Shown one piece after another: positions 48,199 to 62,608 of a stretch of DNA of 64,000 nt (position 1 is the stretch's first letter; every line of letters starts with the position of its first letter). The stretch is from Octopus bimaculoides (lineage: Eukaryota), in contig NC_068982.1 in the NCBI RefSeq assembly GCF_001194135.2, forward strand, positions 144,141,978-144,205,977, written 5' to 3'. The position numbers were made by a program, and so were the translations under genes. The notes under the pieces were generated by a model. The model was not told the origin of the DNA and did not search any database. It saw only the letters and a program-made list of their open reading frames with translations.

Positions 48199-51100
48199 AT
48201 CTACAAAAGGATTAACTTCTAAAACTAAAGTTTACATTATGAATTTGATTCATTAATAAAATGTACATACAAACAACCATGAAATGCTGAAGTTCATTCC
48301 AGCCATGACATTTTGGCATTTTCTCCAATTATTGTGCATACTGGATGACTACATTATCCAATGTGTCATCTTTTTTTTTAAAGGTAGAATGGTATGATTT
48401 GAGGGAAATTTGTTAGCCACTCCTAGCAAGTTTAGGGACCACAAAGGTCCCTCTTATTTACGATCTATTATAGGTTGTAACAGCTCCTTTTTTTGCCTTT
48501 ATAACTGTCAAACCATTGCTGTAGTTGTTTTACTCACAACAATAATAACAGTCAAAAGTAACTATTCCATCTGAAATTAAAAAAAAAATAAACAATGCAA
48601 TATTTGCTTTTAAACATATCTTTTCTTTTGTACATTATGGTAGGGATTGATAGTTCTTCATAAATTTATACATTCACATAATTGTTGGAACATTTATTTT
48701 TCAAAAATCAGATGACCTTTCCACAGCTAATCCTTCAATTGTGAAATAAAAAGGATTACTTGCTTGCTGGCATGGTAAACTGAGGTAAGCAAAACTATAT
48801 TTCTTGCTTAGGTGACAACACACTGGATAGCTGTAGATTTAAGATTTGAACTTAAGATCATGTAGTTAGTAGTTTAGCACTTAAACTTCACAGCCATAGT
48901 ACTGTAATATATTTACTTTTCAAAAATAAAATGTCATATGAAATTACTACAGTTATATAGACTTAGTAAACTAAATTCAGACTAGATGGTGTTAGTGATT
49001 TTTAAGAATTATCTTAAAGTGAAAACGAGGAAATAAGTGGGTTATCTAAGAGGGAGTTAAAATACAAAGCCATTTTCTGCAAAAAGAAATGTAACATTAG
49101 TTTTACCAAAATTTTCAGAAAAACATTACTGTAACAGGATAAATGAAATAAAGGGGGAATACAAGCTGAAATATTTAGACAGCAAGAAGAATGGAGAAAG
49201 ATTCAATAAAACTGGAATGTATGGATTTCACTGAATATTTGCATAAAAAATTAAGAGACGGCATGCATCAGCAATAGAGACATTAGTAATAGAAAAAATA
49301 GCACATTTGTAATATAACGATCAAAGAAAATTTCAGAAAAAAGGTCCCATGCAACAACAAATGTCATTGGTCCTGACACTTAAAACCATAACAAGGTCTA
49401 TTTAGCTATGGCAGTAAAGAAGATTAACGGAATGGGGGGTTATGTTTCAACATACATGCATACATGCAACAATACCAGTCAGTATCAACTAGTGCAACAT
49501 GCAAGATTATCACAGCCATTGGCAACTAATGCAACACGCATTAACCAAAGAAACAAAAAGAAAAAATGACAAAACAAAAATAAAATGATAAATTGTTTAT
49601 ATGAAACAGAATGAAATGCATAAAATGAAAATAAAAGAGAAAGAGAGAGGGTGGGAGAGACATATGTGTGTGGGTGGGATGAAATAACCTGATGAGTTCA
49701 TGCTAGTGTTATAACAGAGCAGTCCAACTGGCAACCAAAGGACTGAAGATAGTGCAGGTTTTGTAATTTTATTGTATCATTTTCCCTACCTTAGTTCAAT
49801 TCAAATATTCCCATTTGTATGCCTGATTGTAATATTTAAATCAAAAGTATCAAATCCAGAGAATTTGGTTTCATATCACAGTAATGTACCAAGAGTTGAG
49901 ACTTTTCATAAGGCTCACTAACAAGAACAGAAATTTTAATTAACATTCCAACTGTTCCTTTACCAATTAATCGATTAATTGGTATATGTCAGCATTACTC
50001 TGATTGTATTTTAAAAAATCTTTTTCTACATTTTATTTCATGAATTCAAATTATGAGATATCATGAACAATCAATTGGAGCTTTTGTGTGCAGAAGATGC
50101 CAAGTTTGAGTAAAGTGCTTAGCTGAGATCTCATTTAATTTTCTTTAAGAAATAATAAATAGTTGCATAAAATAAAGTGAAAATAAAGAGTATAACTGCT
50201 CAGTAACAACATTATCCAAATCTATAAGATCTAAAAATGAATTAGAACTCAATAAGGTTTCCTTGCTTCACAATCTGTTCTTTACAGACAGAGTTTTCAT
50301 TAATATATATATATATGTATTGGACTAGACACAGAGGGTAAATGAGATAATGCAGTATGTTTATAGCAGTCATGAGGGCAACATTAACATGAATAAGGTG
50401 ACTATAACTAGGTTGTAAAACAAGAATTTGAATTAATTTCACTTAGAATTTACTTATTGTATATACTAAGCATTTCTTATGACTAGATATAAATCAATTT
50501 TCATAAGGATGAAAAAGTAGTTGAAAACTCCAGCAGTATTCAGAATGTAGCAGTATAAACTAAACCTCTAAAGCATATATTCTATCAATCAACATTTTTA
50601 ATAGTTCATAACCCTGTCTTGTATGTAAATACTATTACTAATTAATTTGTGATTTATTTTTGTTTTTTAATGTCATAGTCAAGTGAAGAAGGGCAGTGTT
50701 TGTGACCCTTTGCAAAATTTCCAATACCAGTTGGAAGTTCTACAACAGGAGACCTGGTTCAAATGCTTGCGGCAGAATGGACTCCAGTAAAAGTTCCCAA
50801 AAGGTCAGATGGTTTGGGGTGATAGACAATGCACATTAAAGCAGTTGCTTTGCAGTTTCTAACAATAATGCTTCACCAACAGAGACCACCACTCTGAACA
50901 TTTCTAGTTATTGGCAACACAAATAACCAAGAGATGGTAATTTGGTGCAATATTTTACTCCATGATGAAATATTGGTCAAGAGATTTGTAAGACCATTGT
51001 TAACAAAATAGCTGGGTTTTTTATTTTTTGTGAATATTTTTTTCTAAGCTATTATATAAACATGAACTAGACATACTGAGGATGATTTGAAAATAAACTA

Positions 51101-52288
51101 TATCAACTACAACATGCTACACTTAGACTATTGAGCGATATGTTTCATGCGTTGTCATTAGTATGGCTGCCTCCAGAAGATGTGTTACAAAGTTAGATGA
51201 AAAAATTTACAACTCTTTTTTGTGAAACAAATGTAAATTAATTTGATGGCTATATTCAGGTGAGAAATGAAATGTTAATATTTATATTACTGTAGTTATT
51301 TCTTTTTAATGGAAAATAGATTAATTTGAATTGTTTTAGAAAATAGATTGATGAAATTCAAATATTAAATGAAAACTAATGTTATAAAACTCTATGTATT
51401 GTTTAATATGTACAAAGTTAGAGCTAAGTTGGCTTAAGCAGATAGACACTGTCCGTAATATGTTGTCATATCAGCAGAGAAGTCTTACATCTAAGCAGGT
51501 AAGTAAAAATTTACTGTTATCTGAAAAGCGGAAAAAAAAAAAAGAGAAAAGAATGAAATGAAAAGGCATAACTAAGTAACACTGATGATAAGAACTGGTC
51601 AGCTAAAGCAACATGAAGGAAGCTGTGTTGGTTGCAAATTAATACAGCTGATAGACAAGTGAAAGAAGAAAGCATAATGAAATGTGTGTGTGTGTGTGTG
51701 TGTGTTCATGTTTGTGTGTTTAGGATCAGATTCAATGAATATAAACATTCTGAATACAAGAGTATAATTTTATCAACATTTTAATATTAAGGATATTTCA
51801 TGTTCATCATCTTCTGGCATCAGCCAAAATAGCATTCTTTGAACTCCAGACAGACAAGTGTTTCTTAGAAGCCAAAAGCTTGCATGTCCACCATTCAACA
51901 TCGTTATTGCACAGTCAGTCAAATGATATATTTCCCCTTTATTTTGAAAAATTGTTAAGTTTTAAGTCAGAAAGAAAATAAATTAAAACAAAAAACAGTG
52001 AAGAATAAAAAAAAAATGGTGAAATGAAGGGGGAAGGGAAGAGAGTAACAAAAATAGATTAAAAAAAAACAATAAAAATAGAATATTTAAAAAAGAATGA
52101 AATAAACAATAGTAAAAAAAATGGCTGTATGATGGAACAAAGACAAAACAACGTGGAATAAGGGGAAATGCAAACACACAGTTGTCAGTAAATTAAGTTT
52201 GTCCATTATACTGGTAGGGGAAGGGAAATTTAACCCAAGCTGACCAGGACCAAGCACATTTGCCATAGCAACTGGAGCCTTGGCTCAC

Positions 52289-53743
52289 CTGGAGACATTG
52301 GTCATGTTAGTTTGGTTGACTGGTGTGTGTGAGCTCGGAGACTGGAGGTCAGGCACCACCACAGGCTCACAGGTCATCGGCTGTGGAGGTTTGTAGTGAG
52401 CGTGTCGTGTTGTCTGGATTTGATGAGACCGGAATACAGTTCTGGAGACAGATTGTGAAGAATATTGCACATATGTGCTGCTGCTACTGCTGCTGCTGCT
52501 GCTGCTGTTGCTCTGCTGTTGTTGTTGTTGTTGTTGTTGTTGTTGGTGGAAAGATGATGTAGTCTGTGAAGTATTTATATCTCCTCTCTTGCTAGCAAAC
52601 ATGCTCACAGGAGAAGAGTTGCCAGAATGCGGTTCAAAGTCTCTCCAATAACTAGGAAAATGTGAAGGAGTAGATTGTTGTTGTAGGGAATGATGTTGAC
52701 TAACAAAGGGTGAAGAAGGTGTTGGTTGCATCATGCGTGGAAAAAAGGCCGGAGACGAAGGATTCGAGTGCTCGGGTGTGCAAGATCTGTTATAGAAAGA
52801 GTCAATAGAAGGCTCTGTTTGGTAAGTGACACCCATCAATTGCCGTTGGTAGCTGTCCAGCATACGAGCCCGCCGTAGTTTCTCACTGTACTTAAAGAAA
52901 TCTGAAGTTTCAAAAGGTTTAGAAACTTCAATCTGGGGTTTAATTTTTGTTATTGTGGTTACCAGTCGGCTGTTTGGGGGAGGAGTTACGATAACTGGGT
53001 CCACTTCAGGTTTATCAACAGGTCCTGTATTCCCAGTGATATGTATGACCTGCACTTCTTGTGCTGGGGGAGATTGGTATTCATATACACGGGGACTATA
53101 GGAATGTTCTGTACTTGGAGTGTTTGGTCGATTATCAAGATCGTCATATGACTTTTGTGGACTGCGGATTATTGGAGATGGCTCTGCCATTTGCGTATCT
53201 TCCCACCGATGCTCAGCATGTGTATCAAGGTGACTGTACACTGGCTCAGAAGCCACTGAATTATTGTGAATGTCCAAAGAACCTTCAGGAATTTCCTCAA
53301 TGTAATCGCTATCTGATTCTCTTCTGCTACCATACTTTGAAGAAAACAACTGAGGCAAAATACTGCCTGGTTTAGGAACTGGTCCTCTTGGTCTCTGTGA
53401 TATCAGTGAATTGTCAGGACTGCAGTAGTTCTCTTCAATATTTGGTGTAAGAGTCATTTGCCTCTGAAATTCTGCTTGAACATATTCATAAGGGTGAATA
53501 TTGGTTGGGGTTTTCACTTCTCCATTTTCACACTGGGGAGGCCGTTGCCCAGGTGCTACCTGAGTCATGTTGTTAGCAGAACTGAAACCGCTGTCATGAC
53601 TGCCATCGAACTTACTACAATCAATTATATCTTCTCGGCCAGATTGTCCAAGGCGATTGCTAAATGTAGGATAGCGTTGATTACGATATTGAGTACCAGT
53701 GGAATAAACTGAGCTAGGTGTATAGCCACCTGTGAGCTGAGGG
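52289..53743 (-). CDS. 1455-nt internal coding exon of a large disordered scaffold protein (possibly FRMD4/Stepping-stone-like cytohesin adaptor)
   Basis: gtttcttgttttatctttttcag| acceptor at 53743 and AG|GTGAGC donor at 52289. It has 485 open codons, phase 2-2, and extends the ORF-track call 58 codons upstream. Ser/Pro/Thr-rich with one conserved-looking motif, EVSKPFETSDFFKYSEKLRR. The family call is from memory only. Confidence 0.8.
52470..52545 (-). repeat. Coding trinucleotide repeats: (CAA)9(CAG)2 poly-Gln11 then (AGC)n poly-Ser
   Basis: In-frame QQQQQQQQQQQSNSSSSSSSSSS. Confidence 0.95.
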
Positions 53744-56700
53744 CTGAAAAAGATAAAACAAGAAACACATGCTTCAGGAGAAGGGTAACATAATCAGCCA
53801 GGGAGGTGTTTTTTATTTATTTATTAAAAAAAAAATCTAGATTAATATAAGAACATAATTTAGGAGGTTATGATTAAGAAAGAACTGAAGACATGTTATG
53901 TAATTTCAAATGGTTTAGTTAACTAAGCATGAAACATTGGAAAACTAAATATGGACTAGTGGAAAGAAAAAAAAACTTAAGATAATAGAAACAAAATTTT
54001 ATTTTGGTAAGGAAAAATATATATTAAGGTCACTACTAAGATCAAATAAAAGGGTCTAATTATGATTTTACAAAATATTAAAGATAACACAATAGGGTAA
54101 CCATATTTGCAATAATAGTATTAGCTCCTCAAACTTCTATAGACTTATGCAACTGAAGCTAGCTGATATGAATGCTATTGTGTGTATGTAAGTGTATGTG
54201 CAGTATATATCAGAAATTTGATTGTTTCAGATAAGTTGTTTGTTAGCTTAGCTACCGCAGCAATATCAAAAGTAAAATATTCCTACATAATATGAACAAT
54301 GAGATGCTTATCAACTGATTAATGAATCCCCTTTAGACATAAATTTAACTTAAAATATATCTAAAACAAGCACCATCCAAGCCATTGAATAAGTGGGCAT
54401 AAAACACAAATGACACTAACAATGTCAATGGATGAATGAAAGAATGAAATATTAGCAATATTACCTAACAACAACAACAACAACAAAAATCCATGGTTTA
54501 CATCCAGCTGGTTTACATTTTCACTTTCAAGTAGATGCCGTGAGATGACCATACCAATAATGGAATAAGTCATCTAAAGAACTAAAGAATTTGTTCTCAA
54601 AAAATTTAACTATGTTTGGAAACAAGTATATCTATAATTGAGCTACTGGAAATTTAAGCAGAACAAATTTAGACAGACACTATTTACCAGAATTTAATGT
54701 AATTGGCACGTGAGTAACAGTAAATGATATTCTTCAGATAATTTCCAAATGATCAAGAAAAATTTTTCTTCGCTAAAATCAAATTAAAATGAAATATTCC
54801 AACTGTAACAGAAATTATTGATTCTTAGGTTTTAAAATATTTCACTAATCTTTTACATAAATAAAACCTCATTAATGTTAAATAAAAGGAAACATTTACA
54901 TTTTCAGTACAATACTTTAATCATTCAATGACACTGATTATGAATTATTCAACTATTTGTACTAACGAGTTTTATAAAAAAAATTTTTTTAAATTAGAAA
55001 GATGAGCTCAACTCACTTTACATACTTATTCCAAAATGGCTTTAGCTTGACAGGCATTGTCTGAGTCACCCAAAATAACCCACCAGCCAAGTCAGAGGCT
55101 AAACATGATAGTTCTCTTCAAACCATGGTCAAGATCCTGATGCCGAGACTAAAGATGTAATCTGATATAGGTGTCCATCATCATGTCTGACACATGGTGT
55201 AAGATGTGATCAACAGATCTTCAATTATACTAAGGAGAGAGACCTTGAAAAGGTGAAGGAGTCACTTGATGGTAATGTTTCAGATATATTTGACTGTTGT
55301 TAGCTTAGAAATTTAACTTCAATTAAAGCTTGGATATTTTTGAAAATGCAACCAGACACAATTTTTTTTTTTAAATATGCCAAGTGATAAGAAAATTGTC
55401 AGATATGGCATATAGAGATGGTGGGTTGCTTGGCAAATAGTCACTACTTCCTCATAATGAACTTGGTCGTCAAAAATTGGTGAAATGAAGGAAAAGTATC
55501 AACCTTTGAATAGGGGTCTAAGAGGCAAATTATGGATTCAATAAGATATTGTTTTTGATAACAGCCACACAAGAAAGATGTATGAACTGATAGGTTACGC
55601 ATTAAAATTCTCATATATCTAACAGAATGTGATCTTAGACAAAGTTTCCCAGTTATACTTCAGAGTTTTGCATTAAAGGAGGAAAATACCTTAAGAATGA
55701 ATCAACTGTTCCAACAATACACTCAATCTATATTGATACTGATTAAAAAAAAAAGTGAAAAAGAAAAGAAAAACAAAAAAAGACCCCAAAACATGGCTTC
55801 TCTAATATTAAAAAAAAATACGGCTAAACTAACACTGATTAATATAGGTTTCTTAACTGAAATTCCTCCAAGGGATTATTTGGGTTAAGTTCAAATGGAT
55901 TAATACATTATGTTCTAATCATCCAGAAACTATAGGACAATATAAATACTAATTTAAAATTTTCTATTATTGAATTTAATTAAATGTTAAACAGTCTTGA
56001 GTTATTTTGTTTCCTTTACTAAAACAAAGAATTAAAATGTATTATTAAACAATGGATCTACCAGTTCATTCTTTATAAGGAGATTTAAACAATATGTTCA
56101 AAAGTTGACAAAATTAAAAAGTTGTACATACATACATTCAGCCATACATATATTAGTAAAGAGATATTTCTAAGATGACACATCAACAAAGATTTATGCT
56201 ATCTAATAAACACTGTTTTGCAGAGAAACAATAAGGAATGGAAAAGTAGTCAACTTTAACAACAAAATTTACTAGACATACTGAATACTTTTTACTTTGT
56301 GCTACAACTTGCAAACATTCATCTATTTGGAATTATGTAAGTCAGTTTTCAAAAAATATTAAACATTAAAAAAAAAATTTTTTAAGCGTTTATGTTAAAA
56401 TGTATAGAATGATGGGAATATGAATAACATTCATAGAGCATTAGGAGTATTCAAGAAGACTGACTGGAAAGAAGAGTTGTGTATAAAGTTGTAGAATTTG
56501 ATATGTTTAAAGATATGTATTTGATTCCAAGGAAGGTGGTAGAAAAGTCACAGAGTGACAAGTGCTTTGTATGATGTCTGCAGCAGAAAAGGCAATCCGA
56601 TATCTTCAGATATTTACAATTTAAAAATTACATTTTGTGCTGCATAAAAGTTGGTAAGTCATAGAGGTGAATGAAGTTAAAAATAGTAACAGTAAGACTA

Positions 56701-58714
56701 CAGTAAAATCATTAATGTATCATTAGTAAAATTTTGATTGATGAAATTGATTACTGCTAGTAACAAAGGTTTATCTCTCCAAATGAAGGGAAGAAAGAAT
56801 GTATGCTGCATATGTAGGAAGTGTGTCATATTGCAAGGTAGCAATACATAGGCATTGAATGTGGAGGATGTGGGAAAGCTGGAAGAAATGAGGTAAGCAT
56901 AAGTCCACTGGGTTTATAATGTTAGTGTCAATGAACAACAGAGAACAATTGAGCTGAGAGAAAAGCAGGGTGTAAGAGAAATGAGATACAGTGTGCAAGA
57001 GGAGACTGCAATGGTACAGATGTGTGATACATATGGAGAATGACAGTTGGGTAAAAAACAAAAAAAGTAGGAGGAAGACATAGGAAGAAGTGATGAAAGC
57101 TGATCTCAGGGATGTTGAAACTCATGAAGGAGATGGCGAGTAACCTCAACAAATAATGAGACACTGTACTGGAGAACACCTGTCTAATCCTTGTAACATG
57201 GAAAAATATTAGAAGATGAAACGAAAGCTGAAATTGCTTTTCCTATTTTTGAGTGGTCTATTTTAATACTAAGGCTAAAGTAATGTTGCTTATGCCCAAG
57301 TAAAATTTGACTGAGCAAACCTATGATTAAGGACATTAAGAAACTGTAAGTCCCAAACTATTTTATTCAATGTCTTTATCAAAGCTGTAGATCAAAGGAG
57401 ATTTGGCTGACATTTCTAGTAGGCCAAGTGGCTCCCTACTCGACTTAAAGGTTGAGAAAAGGAACAGAGAGCACACTTAGGAGTTAGAAGGCACTATCCA
57501 TTACACAAAATAGTGAAAATGAGGTAGAAATTCCTATACAAAAGATAATGGATGATATATTGATTGAAAGAGTGGTCTGAAATGTTATTAGAAGGCACAC
57601 AACAACTGAAACATGCCGAGAAAGACTGGGGACTAAGGAGTTAGATCAGATTAGAAAGTAACACTTCACAGATGATGTTTTTGGCAAAACTATTATCCAA
57701 ACTACGTATTTTACAAATATCAAAAAAGGATAATGATAATAACATTTGAAGAGTTCTCACAAGACTGTAAACTTTTGAGAGAAATTTTTTAAGCTTTTCA
57801 TGGTATAAAGATATTAGAAAAAATATAGAATTAACATGTTGAAATCTAACTTGATAATCTTAGTTCATCAAGTAATGACCTGTACTTTAAGAAATCAGAA
57901 AGCTGAGCAAAAGAAAAGAAATGCAGGGATTATTACACATAGTCTCAATCAATAATGAAACTTCAGTATGAATCACAACTGTTGTTAGATTAAAATATTC
58001 CTTCAAATAAATCACTGTTGTTTTTAACAATTTCAAAAATATAAAAAGTGTAATATCAATGTGGGATAAACTTGATCAGTGATCTAACAAAAGAATTGAT
58101 GACACTCAATATATCATAGATAAAACAATTGCGAGATGGTAAATGAGGAAAATAAGAATGAGGGTTCAAGTAATTTTCAGTTTGGATCATGAAAATTTGA
58201 TTTAATCTTTTGTTCCTCTTATCAAGACTATACATACTAGTTTCTAACTGAAACAGATGCTCAAAAACTAAACTACACCTGACATGTCTTGTTGGCAGGT
58301 TGTTTTATGCATTTGTTTGGTTGCCTCCATATATTACATTTTCTTGTTCAGAACTGCTATGAAATACTCAACAACAATAAAAATAATGCTGTAGTATTTT
58401 ATGTAATGTTCTTATTCAGTGAGATTAAAATATGGATACTGAAGAATTCTATATTTGTTTCAGTTGTCATTTTTTTTTTTGCAAGTTTCCATTGTACAAC
58501 TGAGTACAGCTCTACATCTTATACCCGCGCAGTGTTTTCTTTCCTTTTTCACACTGCATTGTAAACATTACATGTAATAAACATGTTGTGCCTAGTAGCA
58601 CTATTTTCTATATGTTGTATGTAAATCCTGGGACTTTGGTTGTATATGTCTGCATATATTTTAATCATCCACAAGGCACATAGTGTCATAGAAAATCTCT
58701 CCATTTTCAATAAT

Positions 58715-59400
58715 CAGATTCTGGTTATCTCTACTTCTCTATTTGGACAGTTTACATTTAGAGACAATATCATCTGTTAGGAACAATGCATTGGCAAGGA
58801 GACGCTTTTCTGTATAGACTTTGACAGTCTGTTTGCCTGTCCACGTGGATTAGTATATTACATAGTACGGTCACTTTGTCATTCTCCAAGACTGTTTTAA
58901 GTGTATGTTTATGCTATTCCTTCTGTCAGTATTTCATAAGGCTGGCCTAATTCCTAGAATATGAAAGCTCCAACTTTTTCATGCCTCTACTCTCTCTCAA
59001 TTTTAGCTAACAATGGGCAGCCAGAAACAACTTTATTTCTCCTTTTGCATAATCTGTAGATATTGTCTGTGTGCATATGTTCTGGTTCAATATATGCTTT
59101 TGGTATTTCCTGATAAAGCTTGGATCTCATCCCACAATCATAAAATTCTTCTGTATCAGCTTCCAGTCCAACCATTATCCACTTTTTCCCATATTCAGTT
59201 TTCTCAGTTAGTGGTCATGTAGAAGACTTTTCTCACTATCATCTTAATATGACATTCAATAGTCTCATTTTTAAAATTTTCCAACAAGTCCTGCTGTTGT
59301 TTCTTCATTCTCCTTGCAACGGCTATAACCTCATCTTCTGCCATATGTTTGTTGGCTTTGAAGACAGTATTTTTGTTCATGTTTATAGCTAGTTGTATTA
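58715..59400 (-). mobile_element. Decayed R4/Dong-clade non-LTR retrotransposon fragment (zinc knuckle and restriction-like endonuclease region)
   Basis: Minus-strand fragments GLEADTEEF, DNIYRLCKRR..VVSGCPLLAK, RHEKVGAFIF and VLENDKVTVL..ILIHVDRQ match the GLK.ETEG / CRLC..ET..H..SGC / RHD.V / EN.KVTILWD..I.TDR pattern. Many stops and frameshifts. Confidence 0.65.
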
Positions 59401-60344
59401 GTTTCCAAATTATTCTGCACTAAATATTTTTGTAGTCCTACAGAAGGCCCTAACCTCTTGTATTGTGGTTTATACTATCTTCCTGTGTCAGATTTGTAGT
59501 GATGCATTCTAAATGCAATCTAGTTTTGTTAATTCAATTTGTATTTAGTATAGAATATTGTAACTATAACATTACTGGAAACTACTTGAGATTTGATGTC
59601 TACCGCCTTATATCTCGCATTTGGTTCAGCTTTAATTTTTAATTGAATAAATCTACAACATTCCCTCTATTCTTTTTTTTTTTTTTTTTTGTAAGTGTGA
59701 TATATTCTGTCTAGCTAATTCCTAAATGTTTCAAAGTATATATATATTTATGGTCTAATTTTCTTATTTCAGTTTCTTAACATGATATTAGCAGTGTTTA
59801 TTTTCTCTTCTAGGTTGCCATATCATATTTTTGTTAATTTCAATTTTTCTAATAAATCCATTTACTGCATATAACATTATTTCCAGTTATTTACTATTTG
59901 AAATGTATAATTTGAAGTCATCTATTTACAAAAGACTGTTAAGTGTCCTCTCACAGTATTTGCATTCAATCCCATTCACGTTTAACATATGTCAAAGACG
60001 TTAAAGACGTTAACTCGAAGCAGAAAAGGCATGGAAAGAGATATCTCACTAGCACTTATTTATTCAAGAGGAATGACAGATGAGAAAAGTAGCACTGGTT
60101 GTGATTTGAATTCAGATCAGTAAAGTTTTGAATCAAATTCTGGAAAGTATTTAGCCTTTACATGAACTATCATTTTTCCCAGTGAACTAAATTCAGAGTT
60201 CACAAACACAAAAATCATTTCATAATTAGTAATAACTACACACTCATATATAAAGGCAATAGTAAATAAGCATTCATAATAAATACTGATTTCAGATCAG
60301 ACTGAAATAATATATGTAAGAATATGCAAAGTTTACACAATATA

Positions 60345-61559
60345 CAGTGGTTGGACAAAATAATGGAAACACCTAGCATCATAATTTTGAAATATCTATA
60401 AAACCGTTCAAAGCTTGTTTACTTCTATGTTTTTTGATTTATTATTAATGTTGCTTAATAGGTTTTGCTAAAATGGCTGTTTCTTTTCAGATATCATCAG
60501 AAAAAAGTAATTAAAACTCATTAAAATGACATATCTATCGAACTTTCAAAGAGGTCAAATTGTTGGTGCTTATATGGCAGGTGCTAACGTAAAGAAAACA
60601 GCTGAAATGTTTGGTGTATCAAGAAGTAGTGTCTCAAAAGTAATGACAGCCTTTGAGAAAGAGAGAAAAACCTCCTTGTCGAAACAAAACTCCGGAAGAA
60701 AACCAAAACTTTCAGATAGGGACCGTCAAACTCTTACGCAAATTGTTAGAAAGGATCACAAAAGTACAGCTCCCAAAATTACTGCAGAGCTTAATGACCA
60801 CCTCAAGAACCCAGTTTCCACAAAGACTGTTCGTTGGGAGCTACACAAAGTCGGATTTCATGGGAGGGCTGCAATCAGAAAACCACTACTTTCAAAAACA
60901 AACGTTGCAAAGCATTTAGAGTGGAGTAAAAATCTACAGAATTGGTCCCGAGAGCAGTGGAAGAATGTTATTTTCTCAGACGAATCATCTATTACCTTAT
61001 TTCCAACCACTGGCTGAGTATATGTGTGGAGACAGCCAAAAGAAGCATTTGACCCAGACTACCTTCTTCCAACTGTTAAACATGTACGAGGATCTCTGAT
61101 GATCTGGGGGATATATCTTGGAAATCTGCCGGCTCAACAGTTTCCCTTCATGGCAGAATTAATAGTAAAGACAATTTAAGCATTGATCCTATGGTTGTGG
61201 AACTGTTTCCGGAGGGAAACGCAATCTTTCAGGATGATAATGCACCAATTCACACAACTAAAGTTTCTGAATGACACGAGGAACATTCTAGTCCCCAGAT
61301 CTCAATATTATTGAACATTTATGATGCATTTTAAAAAAACATGTAAGGAGTTGATATCCTCCACCATCATCACTACAAGAACTAGAGACTGTTTTAGCTG
61401 AAGAATGGACAAAAATTCCTTTGGAAACAATTGAAACTTTGTACAAGTCCATGCCTCATAGAATTCAAGCTGTAATTACTGCCAGAGGCAGTCCAACCCC
61501 ATATTAAAGTAAATTTGTTTGAAATTCTAAGGTATTTCCATTATTTTGTCCAATCCCTG
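60345..61559 (+). mobile_element. Full-length Tc1-family DNA transposon (1215 bp)
   Basis: TA target duplication at 60343-44 and 61560-61. The 30-bp TIRs are cagtggttggacaaaataatggaaacacct and (rc) cagggattggacaaaataatggaaatacct, with 3 mismatches. Confidence 0.95.
60526..61507 (+). pseudogene. Inactivated Tc1 (DD34E-type) transposase
   Basis: Paired-like HTH N-terminus, GRKPKL, WKNVIFSDES, premature TGA at 61015-61017, LMIWG, FQDDNAPIH, SPDLNIIEH and a GSPTPY* terminus. Contains frameshifts and a deletion of about 30 nt. Confidence 0.92.
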
Positions 61560-62608
61560 TATCAATCACACAATAACTTAACTAGGAATGAGTATAAAGA
61601 GATATTACCAATATAACCAGAGTCAAAACTATAAGAAAATAAAAACTGATGGTTGCATGGTTATATACACTAATGAGTATATTGCCTAATAGTGTAGATA
61701 GGATTTAGAGGTATGTGTTAGCTAACAGGGTAACAGAATATGATATTATTCTTTAATAGTCAGTGAAACTAAGCATTTAAAAGATAAAGAATCACTAGAG
61801 AAATAATTTACTAACAGTTAATTTTTGGGTGGTGGAGGATGAAAGAAATACAGTCGATCTTTTTTTTTTATGAAGAACAGAATTGACTCGACTGATTGTT
61901 TCAAATTTAAGGAGTAAGAACTGAGTAATGTGTGGCTTTTATTTTTGTACTACTAACAGTTTAATGACATTTTAGGAGTACATAAGACTTCAAAAATTCA
62001 TATTTAAAACAAATGGCAGATAACTGGTTAACTTAGATAAATGCAAAAAATAAACTTTACAACCTAAACCGTTACAAAGCATTTTGGAAAATACAACTAA
62101 ATTGAATATGCTTTAAAAAAAAAAAAAAAAAGGCTGGGGTGGTGGGTGTAAAGGCAAGAGGTTACGTGTTGACAAATAGAAAACTAAATCAAACTTGGAT
62201 TTGATTTATTTTTTTGAATGGATTAACACAAGCTGATTAAATTGATTGGACATTCTCAGATAATCGGTATCAGATATAAGATTGAAGTTAAGTAAATAAG
62301 TGTAGCTGAAAGAAACCAGAAGCTTTAATGGATCTTCTCGTTCATGTTACTGACAAAAATAAGTCAATACTGACAAGACTACATGAAAACCCTAAAGTTT
62401 CTACGATGGCCTACTTGAAAAAAAAAAAAAAACTAAAGAAGAATTTAATTAAAATAAGGTGTTAGCTAAATTAAAAATATCAATTTAAACACTGGATAGT
62501 CTTTTTTAATATTGCCAGAATTATCTTAGCATTCTTGTAGGAGTGCAGTTATATATCCAGTAGGAGTAAATTAATTTTCCAGTAAATTCAGAACATTTTC
62601 TACCTTTT

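Noticed and set aside
50679-51000. Exon-like, GC-richer segment after a + strand acceptor-like site
   Set aside because: All frames I translated on both strands stop early and give no recognisable peptide.
58525-58560. Hairpin gcagtgt...acactgc as a possible miRNA or H/ACA element
   Set aside because: The stem is only 7 bp with a pyrimidine loop, too short for a pre-miRNA, and matches no seed I recognise.
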